From: Oikopleura dioica
Taxonomy: Eukaryota; Animalia; Chordata
Direction of reading: 5' to 3'
Assembly (NCBI GenBank): GCA_907165135.1
Contig: OU015569.1
Location: 7,688,001-7,752,000, forward strand
DNA: 64,000 bases
The notes beneath the pieces are model-generated. The model did no database searches. It was not told the DNA's origin and saw only the letters and a program-made list of their open reading frames with translations. Positions 37,300 to 51,198 of this stretch are shown piece after piece. The position numbers and the translations under genes were made by a program. The number at the start of each line of letters is the position of its first letter. The first letter of the stretch is position 1.

Positions 37300-39800
37300 T
37301 ATTTACTAACCGGTTGGAAAGTACTCAAGGTCACGATCCAGATCTCGTTCTCGCTCTTTCACGCGAAGCATCTCCCGTTCCAGGTCCAGATACAACCAGC
37401 AAAGAGTAAGTTACAAAAGCGCTATCGATGAATAATTTACGAATTCACGTTTCATTCGAATCGCTTCTTTGAGAAAAGAAAGGAAGCTAAGATGAGAATT
37501 CAGTGCCGAGAAAGATCGTTTTCCCTTTCGCCGATCCGTCCAGGAGGCTTTCAGCCGCAAGGATTCGCCCGAGCAACACGGGGCTTCGTCAAAGAGCTTC
37601 CTGAAAGTATCAAGCGCGCCTATGAGCGCATCCGCCGCCCGAGGTAATTACTTTTCTCGCACTGGAGCTACTACTTATATGGAGCCGATTGAATGATTCT
37701 GAGTCTACTCTTTCGCGAGCGTTGAATCTTTATCTTATTCCATGGAAAGTTCCAGTGGCTCTTCGCGATTACATTACCGCGCATTATCTTCATGAGTATT
37801 ACTGTTGATTATTATGATTATGAATCCCCACCTCGTACGCGCGTCAGTTACTTAGCAAGATTCCGCCTAGTAAGTTATTAACCGCGTAGCGAATTTCTAG
37901 CCCGACTCAATTTTTATACGTTGACGCTGATTATCAGCGGCTGATATACTTTTATTATCGGAATTGTTCAACGCTAATCCTCATTTAGGACAAAAACTCG
38001 ATCGAGGAGTAAGTCAAGAAGTAGGTCCAAAAGCGAAAGAAAGAGATCCCTCACGCCCAAGAGAAAAAGTAAAAGTCGGGAATCAAGTTTAACTTCGAAA
38101 AGATCTCCCTCGCGAAAACGATCACCATCTCCATCACGAAGGTTTTCTGGATTTAGTCCTGAATAGTTCTTCAGACCCATTTTTCAGTCCATCGCCAAGC
38201 ATTGTAAAGTCCGTGAGCGAATCTCCAAAGAAAAGAAAACCGATAAAAAGTCCAAAGAAAGCGAAGAAGTCTCGAAAGCGGAGTACATCGTCGTCTTCGT
38301 CGTCAAGCTCGGAATCGTCAGAAGAATCAGAAGCGCAGGCGAAGACGACAAAAAGAAATGTATTTGAGGAAACAAGCGGAGTTAGCTTCGTTCCAATTTC
38401 TAAAGGGTTCCGCTTGAAAAAGGTACTCTCGTTAGTCTCAGTATTCATGAAAGACAGTTGAAGGAACTGAAGAGCAGTCGAAGAGTCGTAAAAAGAGCGA
38501 TAATGTTACCCGAACTGTGGACCAAAATATGTCTATCAGCAAATGTCGTCAGCTAGTTCTCCACAGAAAGGCCGAATTCACAACGATATTCTCTCATGTG
38601 GATCAATCCAAACTACCAAAAGACCCTGATGCTATCGTTGGCGCTAGCACTGTGTCCAAGGGCAATCTGCTCCAAGCTATCTTCGGAGGGGATGAAGAAG
38701 AAGAGAGTGATAAAGAACTTGACGAGGAATGGGTACTTTATGTAGAAATGAACAATTGATTCAAGAAACGAAAAAACCCTCGGAAAGCCAGAAGCACTCA
38801 AAGCTGCTAAAATCAAGGCGTCAAAAGAAGATCGTAAAAACACTACTGGCATCAAGCTCAACGATCGGATCACCTGGTGGGCCGAAATGAATGGCGAGTT
38901 TTAAAGATTAAAGAACGAAACATATTTAATGCTTTTACTTAACTAACACTTACTACGTTCCACTTTATATGCGATTTGATTTTTGACGTTTAGATGGCCA
39001 CGCTTCCGCGAGTTCCTCCGGATCTGAGGGGAAAGAGAGTAAACCGAAAAAACGCAAAACTAAACGAAAAAGTAGTCCTGAAACTGTTAGTCGAACAATC
39101 ACGATGACAGTGAAAGAGTCTCGTGGATCAGTTGAGTCGCGCTCGACAGCTATATCGGCAACTAGATCACAGTCTTCTGAAAGGTTCGATTCATTTGAGT
39201 CTTGATTTAGAGGAATCCTTGTTAGAAACGCTAGGGCCGCCTCCAGAGAACAAAACGGAGCAGCATCCAGGATTAGAACGATAACAAGAAAGATATCCAG
39301 GTCGACTTCCAGGCGACGATCGCGCTCGAGGAGATCCAGGTCAGGAAGGTCGGGCTCGCGAAGATCGGGCTCACGAAGGCGTTCTCAATCGCCTATAATC
39401 AGGTAAACGTCTTTAGCATTGACCTAATATAAATTAAACAAAAGAGACTCGAGAAACTTTGAAAACGGATACAGAAGAGGAAGATATATTCCAGGAAGAT
39501 CTCGTTCTCGGTCAAGAGGGCGATCTCCATCGCTAGATGCTAAACGAAAGCCCTGTGTTTTCTTTTTCTCAAAAGAGGCGAAAGGATGCAAGTGGAGCGC
39601 CAGAGAATGTAAATTTTCTCACAATCAAGATGATTATGATTATTGGAAGCGGCAAAACGGTTAAAAATAGAAAAACACTCAAAAGTAATACCTTTTTAGG
39701 CCACGAGTTACCGAACACTGGCCTTATCCATCGTACAGAACCTGTTTATCCTACAGAACGAAACCGTCGTCGTTCACGCAGCTTCTCACCAAGGCGCTAA
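37300..39800 (+). CDS. Arg/Ser-rich nuclear protein (family not identified; start uncertain, may be upstream)
   Basis: Multiple GT-AG exons with RSRSRS dipeptide runs, Lys/Ser-rich and acidic segments, ending RRSRSFSPRR*. Confidence 0.6.
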
Positions 39801-40368
39801 GAAAAAGTTCCTTGAAGATAAGCGTACTTTTTATGTGAAAATGTATCTATAGAGATTAGGCGAGATTGCCAACTTTTCCGTTATCTAACCAACTTATTTC
39901 CTTGAATCCTTGCTTTCCATTGAATACTACCAGAATGCCAAAACCTGACCCAACTTTGAGTATCCTTCCGATTTCAATGATTTCATGTTTATTTGCTAAT
40001 TTTTATTTTTTGCCTTCATCCATTTTTTCAAGAGTGCAAACATATTCCTGTATGATCAGGGTCTCTGCGTACTAGTAGGGTAGAAGTGTCAAACATTGAA
40101 ACTCATAAGACTGCTACATGTTTTAAGTTTTGCGTGGAGACCCTGTATATGATTTAGTTCCTTCTTTTTGTTAATCTTCAACCATGTCCTTTCTTCATCA
40201 TCTATGTATTTATTTTAAGCAGTGTCCCAGATTTCTGATCAAATCAAAGTACCAGACTCAATAAAAATTATCATGAGACAATCAACTTATATTCTGTTGC
40301 GGTGTTGAAGTATGTGGTTTCAGCGCCGACGATATTTTGTAGGTTTTCCTTAAGACAATTCTAATTGA

Positions 40369-42022
40369 ATGTCGGACGAGCGCTTTTTATCAATTGCCGA
40401 GCGGTTGGAGCGACGATTACCTCGTAGGGTAATTCGACTCCGGGGCCTTCCATATTCGTGTTGTGGCGCTGAAGTTGTCGAATTTTTCGCGGAAACTGTA
40501 GATATCGTGAATGGAGAGGCGGGCGTACATTTTACGCTCACAAAAGAAGGGCGGCCGAACGGCGAAGCGTACATCGAGCTTGAAACTGATATTGATGTAG
40601 AAAAGGCTATGACGTAGGGCACCATCCATTATCACTTTTGTACGCCCATATATTTAGCAAGGACAGAACGCTTCTTCAAGATCGCTACATCGAAATCTTC
40701 AAGGCAACAACGGAGGAGATGGATTACGTTCTTGAAAAAACCGAGCGTCAGGAAAGGGTCCATGAGTTTGGCGGACTAAAGTTGCATTCCTCCGATGCGC
40801 GGATTCAATCTTTTGATAAAATGACATGGACCCACTGAGTGAGGCGAACCAGCCCTGGGAGAATGTAGTTAAACTACGCGGGATACCATACAAATGCACG
40901 AGTGACCGTATTCGACATTTTCTCCGTGAACTGGATATTCCGTCGCATGGCGTTGTGATGGTTACTGATGCGCGTGGTCGCAATACCGGCGAAGCGTTCG
41001 TTCAGTTGAAGTCACATGAGCATGCGGAGCAGGCCTTGCTCAAGCACAAAGAGTGCATTGGTTCGCTTACCTTTCATTCATTCATTTTCGTTCACTTCAA
41101 AATGCCTAGACAGACGCTACATTGAGATCTTCAAGGCGACGAAGGCGGAAATGTCTCAGGCTAGCCAGCGTCTTCACAATCAGTGCAACGGTGAGCATTA
41201 TTGTCGGCGAAACTCCTCTCTCCGCGGCGTCGGCCTTGGTAAGTAAACTACTTGCAAAAAAGGATGATGGATCAATATCGCGTCTAGACGGAGTTTACCG
41301 ACATGTTGTTCAAATGAGGGGGCTTCCGTTTCGAGCCACTGAAGAACAAGTGCGCACGTTCTTTGGTCAAGATGTAGAAATATCCGCAGTGCAGTTTGAA
41401 ATTGGAGCTGATCACAGACCGACTGGCAGAGCGAGGTGCAGATTTTTATAAATCAAAAATTTATTTTTTGCTGTTAGTGTTGCTTTCGCTACGCATGAAG
41501 ACGCAGAGAAGGCGATGAAGAAAGATAAGGAATGCATGGGTAAGTGACCTTGAATCTGAGATATTCTGTTGACGAGCACCTTTTAGGAAAACGATATATC
41601 GAGCTGATGATGCTTTCCTCACACAATCTGCCAATCGACGGCATAGGTCCTAATGGTGAATATCTCTACATGATTCATATGAGGGGGTTGCCTTTTCGCG
41701 TGCATGCCAGAGATATTATATCCGTAAGTTAAGCCAATATATTAAAGGTTTATTAATTGTCGATTAGTTCTTCGATCCCATTCCGATTCTCGATATTCAT
41801 CTGGAGCTTGGACCAAAGGGTCCTACCGGCGCAGGGCAAGTAGCGTTCTTTTCTGCGCCTGAAAAAAGCGACGCACTAAAGCGCGATAAAGAATGCATCG
41901 GTGATCGCTACATCGAACTTTTCTCCATCAAACCTCTTCCGCCGGCCCATTCCAGAAATCAACAATTTTGCCAACAACAGCCACATTATTCTATTCCTCA
42001 AACAGTCGGTCGCCATTATTGA
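40369..42022 (+). CDS. hnRNP F/H-like protein with four quasi-RRMs
   Basis: Four copies of the qRRM pattern: IRLRGLPY..DRYIEIF, VKLRGIPY..RRYIEIF, VQMRGLPF..KRYIELM, IHMRGLPF..DRYIELF. Confidence 0.9.
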
Positions 42023-42447
42023 CCCCAGAGCTCCGACTATAAAAATACTCAATACATATTTTCTGTCTTTCTTTTCTGATGTCTACAATGATCGAAGTCT
42101 CCGTTTTCACAGGACTTAAGTACAAATGACAAATGACGTTTCTAGTTAATTCCCTTCTTGTTCTTTATTCTATTGCTCTATTCAGCAGTTTCTTTGGTGC
42201 GAAAAACTGAATAAATTTATCGAATATGTTTGTCAAAAACCGACGAAAAAAAGAAATATAATTTGTTGACATTTGATTGGCATTTGATGGCTTTCAGACA
42301 ATGTGTCGAGCTCGGCCGTGTCGAATTCGTAGGACAAGAAATCTTCATTGAAGCAGGAACTAACCTCAAAAATTTGCCTCTTATCGGCTATTTCACTCTT
42401 GAAAGCTGCTGGACAGCAATCTCTTCCATCTCTGCAATCGCGGAGAA

Positions 42448-44583
42448 ATGAATTTCTTTAAAGGCAGAAGGTACTTTGAGGATCGTAGCATAATTTCCTT
42501 CTCAGTTCAGGTCTTCCCTCAACCTGACTGTCAAGACATATGCCCAAGAAGAAGTAAGCTTTCCTGCTGACCCCAAAAAGAAAGTCCGCGAAATATTCGA
42601 CAAAGTGTGTAATCTGCTATCAGTTCGTGAAACATGGTTCTTTGGATTGACCTTCCTGGTAGGTTTTAATGAACTGAAACAGTTTTAAATAAGATATTGT
42701 AGGAAGAAGGTCAAAAGAACTGGCTCCGCGTAGACAAAGAGATACGCACCGAACTGAAAAAGCAAATCAACAAAAACAAACCGAACGAGTCAATAGTGAT
42801 TTTCTTCTGCGTGAAGTTCTATCCTGAAAAAGTAACAGAAGAAATCGTGCTTCCTCTCACTCAAAACCTCTTCTATCTTCAAGTAAGACACACACATCAT
42901 TAAGCGCAATTGCTAACCATTGCAGATAAAAGATGATTTCCTTAGCGGACGGCTTCACGTCGACCCGGATATCGCTCTTCTTTTGGCTGCGTTTATCACT
43001 CAAGGTAAGAACTTCTTATTAACGCTCCTAAGTATTACTTGCAGTCGAAATTGGCGATCTTGAGGAATTTGACGAGTGTAGTTCACAGATGCAAACGAAA
43101 TTTTCACTCTTCATTGAGCAGCTGCAGTCAAGGAGCATAGACAAGGAAAGGTTTCTTGAAGGAAGAATTCAAATATTTAGACTCTTAATTCAATAGATAA
43201 CTTTTTGATGGTTTCTCCAAAAAACCAAGGGTCAGCTTCTTCCTGACGATATAGATCGGCAGCTTAAAGAACAACATGGAAACCCGGTGCAATTGATCTT
43301 CGAAGCTTTTCTTGAGAATCGGGGGATGACACCTGAAGACTCGAAGCTGGAATTTTTAAAGGACGCTTCCAAGCGCAGCGGAAACTTTGGAATTATTTAC
43401 TTCGATGCCCAGCGTGACAATATGGAATGTGATCAAGTGCTAGGGATCACGCCTCGCGGTATCAACGTCTACAACCCAAAGAATCTCATTCAACATGTCG
43501 AACAGTTCGAGTGGACATCTATCTCCGACCTCAATTTCAAGTAACTTAACTCATACTTCAAATTTTTCATGATTTTCTAGAGAGACTCGTTTTCTTATTA
43601 CGTCGGCGAAGAAAAAAGACGAAAAACGCGCAGAAGAAGTTGTTTTCAGAACGGAATCAACGCATATTAGCCAAGTTATACTTGATTTATGCATAACAAA
43701 TCACGACAACTTCATCCAGGTAACATAAAATTCCGAAAATCTATGATTTTCATGCTTTTAGCGGTTGGAAGCCCCTTCAATCGAACTTCAACAGATGAAA
43801 GAAGCTGCGAAAGAAGAGAACGAACGTCGAAAAGATGACAGACAGCATTTACTGAGGTGAGATGCTCAATTTTGACTTGATCAGGAGTAAATTGCTTGTA
43901 GAGAGCGGCAATTACGAAGAAATATCGAAACAGAGCTCGATGAAGCTTCACGGGACCTGCATATTATGAAGGCAGAGTCCGACAAGCTTCGTGAAGACAA
44001 CGAAAAGCTCGATATTCTAGTGAAAAGTCTCAAGGAGGAGATTGTCTTGCTCCATTGCTCGATAAGCGACAAAGATTCCAAAATCAAACAGCTTGAGAAG
44101 TACTCCCTGCAAATTCACGATGAAATGATCGAAAAAGATCGTCAGCTGATGATATTCCAGAAAGCGCTATCGAGTCAGCAGTCTTATCCGCCGCCGGTTG
44201 GCCAGCCAGCACATCATAATCACTACAACGGCGATCGTCGGGCACGATCGCCAGATTTTGTATACAAGCAAAATCCCCATCATTTTAATCACAAGTCTGA
44301 TTCCTCTACTGGTTCGGAGGGAGTTTTGCGCCACAGTCCAGCGCATTTATATAATTTGGTACCCACAGAATCTGCTTCTACCATGCAATTGACGGAAACA
44401 CTTAATTTTGTAAATCAGGTGAATCAAATGTACCTTCTTCTTGGATGTGTATCCTCTATCTAGATGAAAGGGGAGAGCGACAAACTCTCTGCAGAAATCA
44501 ACGATATGCGTTTGCAATCTGAAAAGACATTCAATGTCGTTCGTCAGGGACTGGATGCCCATACCAAACTCACAGAATATTAG
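42448..44583 (+). CDS. Divergent ERM/merlin-family FERM protein
   Basis: RETWFFGL, VKFYPEKVTEEIVLPLTQNLFYLQ, NRGMTPEDSKLEFL, LGITPRGINVY, FEWTSI, IELQQMKEAAKEE helical region and a degenerate C-terminal KTFNVVRQG. Confidence 0.85.
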
Positions 44584-45089
44584 AACAAATCTTCTTAAAT
44601 ACTTCGTCCTTTCTTCTTTTCTTTTCATTGTGTTAATCTTCCTCATTTTTCGAAACCCGATACTCCTTACTGTATTGCACGAATACTATCATTTCCAGCG
44701 AGATCGAAAGAACCAACCCCACTTTTCAAATCATCTCATCTTGAATGATTTTTCGCGTCATTTATTGAAGTCAGTAAGTTCAATAGTTCAAAACTGATTT
44801 TATTGTGCGCTCTGTTACCTCTCTGAGCAGACGTCTTGATGATATTGTTTCTCGTATCCAGAGTTAACGTCCACTTTAAAAAATGCAAAATCTCGATTCT
44901 CTACACATATCAGACTCTGTCAAATGAACAAAGCGAAACGCGAGCGACCGCCACGAGAACTCGCATTTATAAGTTCATTTATAGTGGAGTCTAATCAATC
45001 GATGCGCATTCGCCTTTCAAATGTAATACTGTTGTGGAATAAAGTATTTTGTTGGGACTAAATATAGCGATCTTTATTTTCTAGTTTGT

Positions 45090-45865
45090 ATGTCCACAAC
45101 AGTCGACGTCTCTGGGGACATTGACGCGCCACTTATTCCCGAAAAGAAAGAGACTACCATGGCTTCCTGGAGTAACATCGCGCTTACTGGCAATCTCAGG
45201 GATGTCGTCAATGCTCAGGTTTGTTAAGTAAACATCTTTTATGTTAAATTTTAACATTTTAGCGCGAGAAAATAAGACCTTGGAGTGAATTCGCTGAACA
45301 GAAGGAGTTCTTTGCACCAGCTGGGCTGCAGGAGTGGACTAAACGGGCTCTTAAGAATGTCTCCCACTACCAGGTTTCCGATTCTATTTATTAAAATAAT
45401 CTTCATTTTCGCTAGTCAAACTACATCATCGTTTTCCTTGTTCTCATGACTTATTGTATTCTTACATCACCACTTCTTCTTATCGCCTTGGCTGTCTCTG
45501 GAATCGGTATGCAATATAATATGAGTAGTTTTTAAGTTTCGTTTTAGGAAGCTACACTGTATCGAAGCATGAAGGTCAAAACCTCCAAATAGCCGGCAAA
45601 GAGGTCCCAAGCAAATACAGGTAATGTTTCAAAAGAATACTGCGTCAAGCTTTTTAGATACGCTCTTGTCGGAGTTATTTCCGCTCCCTTGTTGTTTATC
45701 GCTGGTGCTGGAGCTGCCCTCTTCTGGACTCTAGGTGCCACAGGTATTTGAACTAGAGCTATTAAAGTCTTTTAAATACGACCATCTCAAGCTACCATCA
45801 TTGGTGGGCATGCCACTTTCCGCAAAGCTCCAGAGACTCCAGATCCATTCGCTCAAGAAGTTTGA
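45090..45865 (+). CDS. RABAC1: Prenylated Rab acceptor 1 (PRA1 family)
   Basis: IRPWSEF...KNVSHYQSNYIIVFLVLMTYCILTSPLLL and C-terminal GGHATFR are PRA1 hallmarks. Confidence 0.88.
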
Positions 45866-46296
45866 AAGCTTACTGATGTTCCAAAGCAAGATGCTCCTCT
45901 CGTTCATTACATCAGCCATCACTCACTGTTGCATTTCATCTCTGAATCAACTGTCTCAGCAAACAATATATTTTATATAATAAACAAACTATAGCTTAGA
46001 ATACATTACTTTTCTTTTCTGTTTCTTACACCCCACCGCCTTCTCTATCAATGAAATACTGTTATATATCATAATGTATCCGCATAAGTTATGCGACATA
46101 ACTGAAAAACCGACGACAATTTGTATTTACCTACTGACTATTTTCTTTGGGTGTTTTCTTTTCGATAATATATATATTTATAATATTATAACTTGCTGTA
46201 GTATTCCGACAATAAATATGTGCAATTACGTATTCTTTCCTATCGCGAGAAATGATAAATTTTGTAGACTTGTAAATCGTTGAGAGGAGAAAAGAA

Positions 46297-46797
46297 ATGC
46301 CAAAGTATTACTGTGATTACTGCGACACTTTCCTCACACATGACTCGGTAAGCCAAGATGCTTTTAGAGAACTTTAGACTAACACTTTACGTAGCCCTCT
46401 GTCAGAAAAACTCACAACGCTGGACGAAAGCACAAAGATAATGTGCGCACCTATTACCAAGAGTGGCTCGAAAAACAGACCCAGAATATTGTCGATCGCT
46501 CTCGTAAGATCTTTCTTTTTCATTTTACGAGCGAAAGTAACATGACATTTCAGAGATGCCAAAGACACAGATCCCCAGTGGCTTCGCCGCATTCAACCCA
46601 ATGGCAACCGCTGCCATTAGACCAAGTAATCTTGAGAGAGCATTCTGTTCCTTTACCTTTGTTTAGTGATGGGAATGATGCGCCCCATGGTTCCAATGAT
46701 GCAAGTGCGCCCTGGAATGATGATGATGCAGCAAGGAATGCAAGGGATGAGAATGGGCATGATTCGACCAGGCTTCCAACCAGGACAACCCTACTAA
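46297..46797 (+). CDS. SNRPC: U1 snRNP protein C
   Basis: [41 protein letters not shown] zinc finger plus Met/Pro/Gly-rich tail. Confidence 0.95.
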
Positions 46798-46924
46798 TTT
46801 CCTCATTTCCCGAAAACTGCCCGTTTCTGCTCAATCGATCTGTCAATGTCATTTTCTATCGTTTGATTAAAAGTGTTCAATTTCAGAATTTCATGCAGTA
46901 AACAATTTACAAGTCCCTTTGTTG

Positions 46925-48950
46925 ATGGAAGATCTGAAAACAGAGGAGTCGACAGAATCAGAAAATTATGAAGAAAGCAGTTTAGAAATTGACCACAACC
47001 TCAATTTTTTGAATTATGTTTGGGGCGAAATTAGGTATAAAAGCCGTAGTTTGAATGAATCAAGAACTATATTTAGTCGCAATAAAACACTCAACCAAAG
47101 TGTTTCCTATCGAGAAAGATGGGAAAATGTCTACGTCTTTTGGAAAATCATGGGCAAGCTTGAGTCTTTTATGTATTACGGGCTACTCTGCTGCTGCGAT
47201 AATCTTCTCTCTACTCTGACGATTATCCCGACTCGCTGCTTCCTCGCCATTATCCGTGCATTGATATGGCCATTCACGCGAATATTCGGGTCAAAGCGAA
47301 AGTTCGTTTCCGAAGCGCAAATGATGGATGTTGCGCGTCTTCTTTTAGTAGCAGTTACTTGCTGCTGCTGGTTCTCACCTATTGTATATTTTAATCCCTC
47401 GGGTAACGTTTGACGCTTTATCCATTGTTACACATTGTTTAGTAATTTACCACACGATCAAAGGCCAAGAACTCCTCAAACTATACATTATCTTCAATAT
47501 GCTTGAAGTCGCTGAACGTCTAATTGCGTCAATCGGACAGGTAAACTGGTAAGAAGATAAACATTGCATTTTTTCGGTAGGATGCGATGGATACTCTATT
47601 TTATACGATTTCAAGTTGCTCCTTCTACCGAGTTATTCTACATTTCTTCATCGCTATTGTTTATATGTTCATACATAGCTTCAGTAAGAATAAGTCCAAG
47701 AGAGATCTTTTTAAGCGTCTTTTAGTAATGCTTGTACAAGCCACTACACTCAATGTCGCCTTTAATTTGCACAACAAAGTTCTCCTGATAATAATGATGT
47801 CGAACAATTTCATCGAGTTGAAAGGGTCCGTCTTTAAAAGATTCGACAAGAACTATCTGTTCCAAGTAACCTTTCTCTTCGTCTCTTTCTGGTTAAAACG
47901 TCTATATAGGTGGCATGTGCTGATGTCCGAGAACGTTTTCATCTATTTTGGCTCTTATGTATCGTTTTGGTTCGAAATATGTCCCAGGTACGTGTAACAG
48001 AAGTGAATGAAGTTGACCGTGGGTTTCAAGCACCAGTGGAACATTGTTGAGAGCTACGATCTTCTGCCTTACATGGTGATGATCGTCATTGCCGAGTTCT
48101 TCATCGACTGGATGAAGCACGCCTTCATCATCAAGTTCAACGGTCTGACTGTAGACATTTATCCGGAATACAGGAAAACGCTGACGCAGGAATTCCTCAA
48201 GTCAAAGAATCCCCAGCACGGAGTTGACCATATTGATCTCGTTAGGTACAAAAATCGGGAGCAATAACTTTTTGCTAAGAATATAATTTAGTCGAAGAAT
48301 GGCATACTCTCCTTTACCCCTAGCAGCTGTTATAATTCATATTTCGCTTTTGTCCTTCAAAGTTTACGGTGGCAATAGCAGTCAGTTCAATTACGCTACC
48401 GTCAAAATACTTGCTGCGGTCTTTGCCAATCTCTACCTTTGCAAGGTTTGTCTTTTAATTAGCGAAAAAATGTATTAAATATATAAATATTTATATATTA
48501 TATAAATAAAAACATATTCTCAGGTAATTGTTGGATTGCTGCTCGTTTCCGCATCAGTCCGAACTCTTCGGGAGATTTACGAAGTCACCAAGTTCAATGA
48601 AAAGTCTCCAAAAATACGTGAGTCAATTTTCTAGCATAGTTAATGTTGAAGTTCATTTATTGATTCTCAAAATTATTTAAATAAAATAGTAATCCCTTGT
48701 TGTAATGATAACAGAAAGAATTCATCACCAATTATTAGCAAAATTGGTGGACCCTTACGAGCAGTTGCCTCGAAATACTTCTTCGAAGAACATACGAGAT
48801 CGTATCGGTTCCGAGGCGTCCGTCAGCGCGACCGTCGCAGCGACTCCGAAAGACGTCACTCCAATCAAAGAGGCGCATTCTCCTCGGAAATCCGCCTCTG
48901 TAAACAGCAAACATCTGTCTCCGAGCAAAACCGGGAAAAATAGAAAGTGA
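46925..48950 (+). CDS. TAPT1: Transmembrane anterior posterior transformation protein 1 (DUF747)
   Basis: IKGQELLKLYIIFNMLEVAERL, QATTLNVAFN, MMSNNFIELKGSVFKRFDK, IDWMKHAFIIKFN. Confidence 0.92.
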
Positions 48951-49246
48951 GCTCTATTTTTCGACGCTGAATCAATTAGATAGAATTTTTACTGGCTTTT
49001 CCCAATACTGCCTGCAATTCATTGCAAATTAATTTTTACTAGTGACATATTTGAATTGACTGATAGTTCTGTCTTTTTCAAGAATCAGCGGCATTATAGT
49101 TCTAGAATTTTCGAAGAACCTTTTTACTTTATTTATATTTCTAAAGAAACACAGTTCTTGGCTATGTTACAACTTATATCGTCTAATATACTGCACAATC
49201 TGCTTCAAATATCAATATACTACCTGTTACAAAGAGTCGTCTTAGA

Positions 49247-49881
49247 ATGAGAAAGCTTAAGTTTCACGAGAAGAAATTGCTGAAGAAGGTAAATTTTTAC
49301 AACTGGGAAATTTCCGCCAACGAACACGAAAACAAAATCATCAGAAAATACCGGATCCTAAAAAGAGAGCAGTATACCCTCTACAACAAGCTTTCGAGGT
49401 AAAAATTTCCATCTAGAAAGCACAGTTAGATCAGTCATTTTCAGGAAAGTACGTGAGCAAATCCGACGCATCCGAGACCTGCCACAGAACGACAAGTTCC
49501 GAGCATACGCGACAACAAAAATGCTCGACAAACTCTACAAGTAAGTGTTTTTTTTTCACAATTGTTCGTACACATTGATTAAGCATCGGACTCATCTCGA
49601 CGAAAGAGAGCTTACAAGAGGCAGAGAAGGTGACAGCGTCTGCCTTCTGCAGACGTCGCCTGCCCGTCGTAATGATGAAGCTAAAAATGGCACAGACGCT
49701 GAAGATCGCAACAGAGTTTATCGAACAAGGACATGTGCGCATCGGACCAGACATTTGCTTGGATCCCGCCCGAATAATTTCACGTGAGCACGAAGACTTC
49801 ATCACGTGGAGAAACAAGTCTAAGATTAGAGAGAAACTGAACGCATATAACGATGAACAGGATGATTTCGAGCTCTGCTGA
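49247..49881 (+). CDS. IMP3: U3 snoRNP protein IMP3
   Basis: [58 protein letters not shown]. Confidence 0.95.
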
Positions 49882-49930
49882 AATAGAATGATCTGGTTGC
49901 TGCACAATATCTAATCCGAATTGCTTTAGA

Positions 49931-51110
49931 ATGTCTGGAAATGCAGCGAAAACGATGTGGATCGCAGCGGACAACCCAGAAGAGCCACCTATCGGACTAC
50001 TCGGGGATCCAGAGCGGGAGGCGCACACTGTTTACGTTGGAAACATCAATCGCGAAACACCAAATGAAAAAATTAGAGAACTTTTGACTGAAGCCGGCAC
50101 TTTAGTGGACTTTAAAATGGTCTGGGACAGAAATACAGGACTAAGGACCTATGGGTTTGCGCAGTACAAGGTAAGCTTCTGTATAAGCTGCAAGCTTACA
50201 TTAGATTTAGGATATCGAATCAGTGCAGAAAGCAATAGAAACGCTGAACTCGCGTGAGTTTGATAAACGAAATCTTCGAGTCGCTACTATTTCTCGGGGC
50301 CTCTTGATGGAAATTCCTGATCCTGAGGCGCCCGCACCCATGTCTGCCGAAGAACTCGCCAACCAAGAAGTGAATTCGATCTCTCCTGAACAAATGTATA
50401 CCCTTCTTCTCCAGATGAAAGAAGTTATATATAAGAATCCAGTTGAAGCTAGAAAAATTCTGTTAGATCAGCCTCAGCTCGCTTATGCGTTACTACAAGC
50501 GCAGACTGCGATGCGTATTGTCCCTCCAGATAAAGCGATGAAAATGATACACCCAAGTGCTACCGAAGAATCCCGTAGAGAAGCAAGATATCAGTGAGAT
50601 AATTGCATGTTTACTTTAAAATGTTATGTTCCTTGCTTAGGCCACGTCGTTACTTGACTCTTGATGATCTCAGCAAATCAAATATGTCAGAAGAACTTCA
50701 GAGAGAATTCTTAGAAGAAGGTATGATCTGCTTTAGCTTTTAAGTATCGACACGTATCATAGCTGGAACGCCTCCTCCAGAGGATCAGCCGACAGCATCA
50801 TCCATGTCAGCTGCTAGACTCGATCAAGATCCACGCGAGAGACCACAAGGAAGGCAGTTCAATGATACATTGCAACCTATTCCCGTGGTGAAGAGCGAGC
50901 CCGTTGAAGATCCTGACGAGAAGAATAGGGTAACATTCGGATCGAAATTCTAGAGACAAACCGGTTGTTTAGCTGGTAAATCAAGTGCTACAGCTCAGTC
51001 AACAGCAGATCGATATGCTTCCGCCAGAGCAACGAAAATCAGTCTTGCAACTCAAAGCGCAAATTCAAGCACAAAATCAGCAAAAAACGCTAAATCGTGT
51101 ATTCCACTGA
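49931..51110 (+). CDS. CSTF2: Cleavage stimulation factor 64 kDa subunit
   Basis: RRM (VYVGNI...YGFAQY), hinge (PEQMYTLLLQMK...PQLAYALLQAQ) and C-terminal LVNQVLQLSQQQIDMLPPEQR domain. Confidence 0.9.
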
Positions 51111-51198
51111 CAGAATATTTTTAGAGAAATTTATGTTCACCTCATTCTATCACTGCGAAATTTTCCTGGATCCACAAGCTTACGATTACTTTTAAGAA

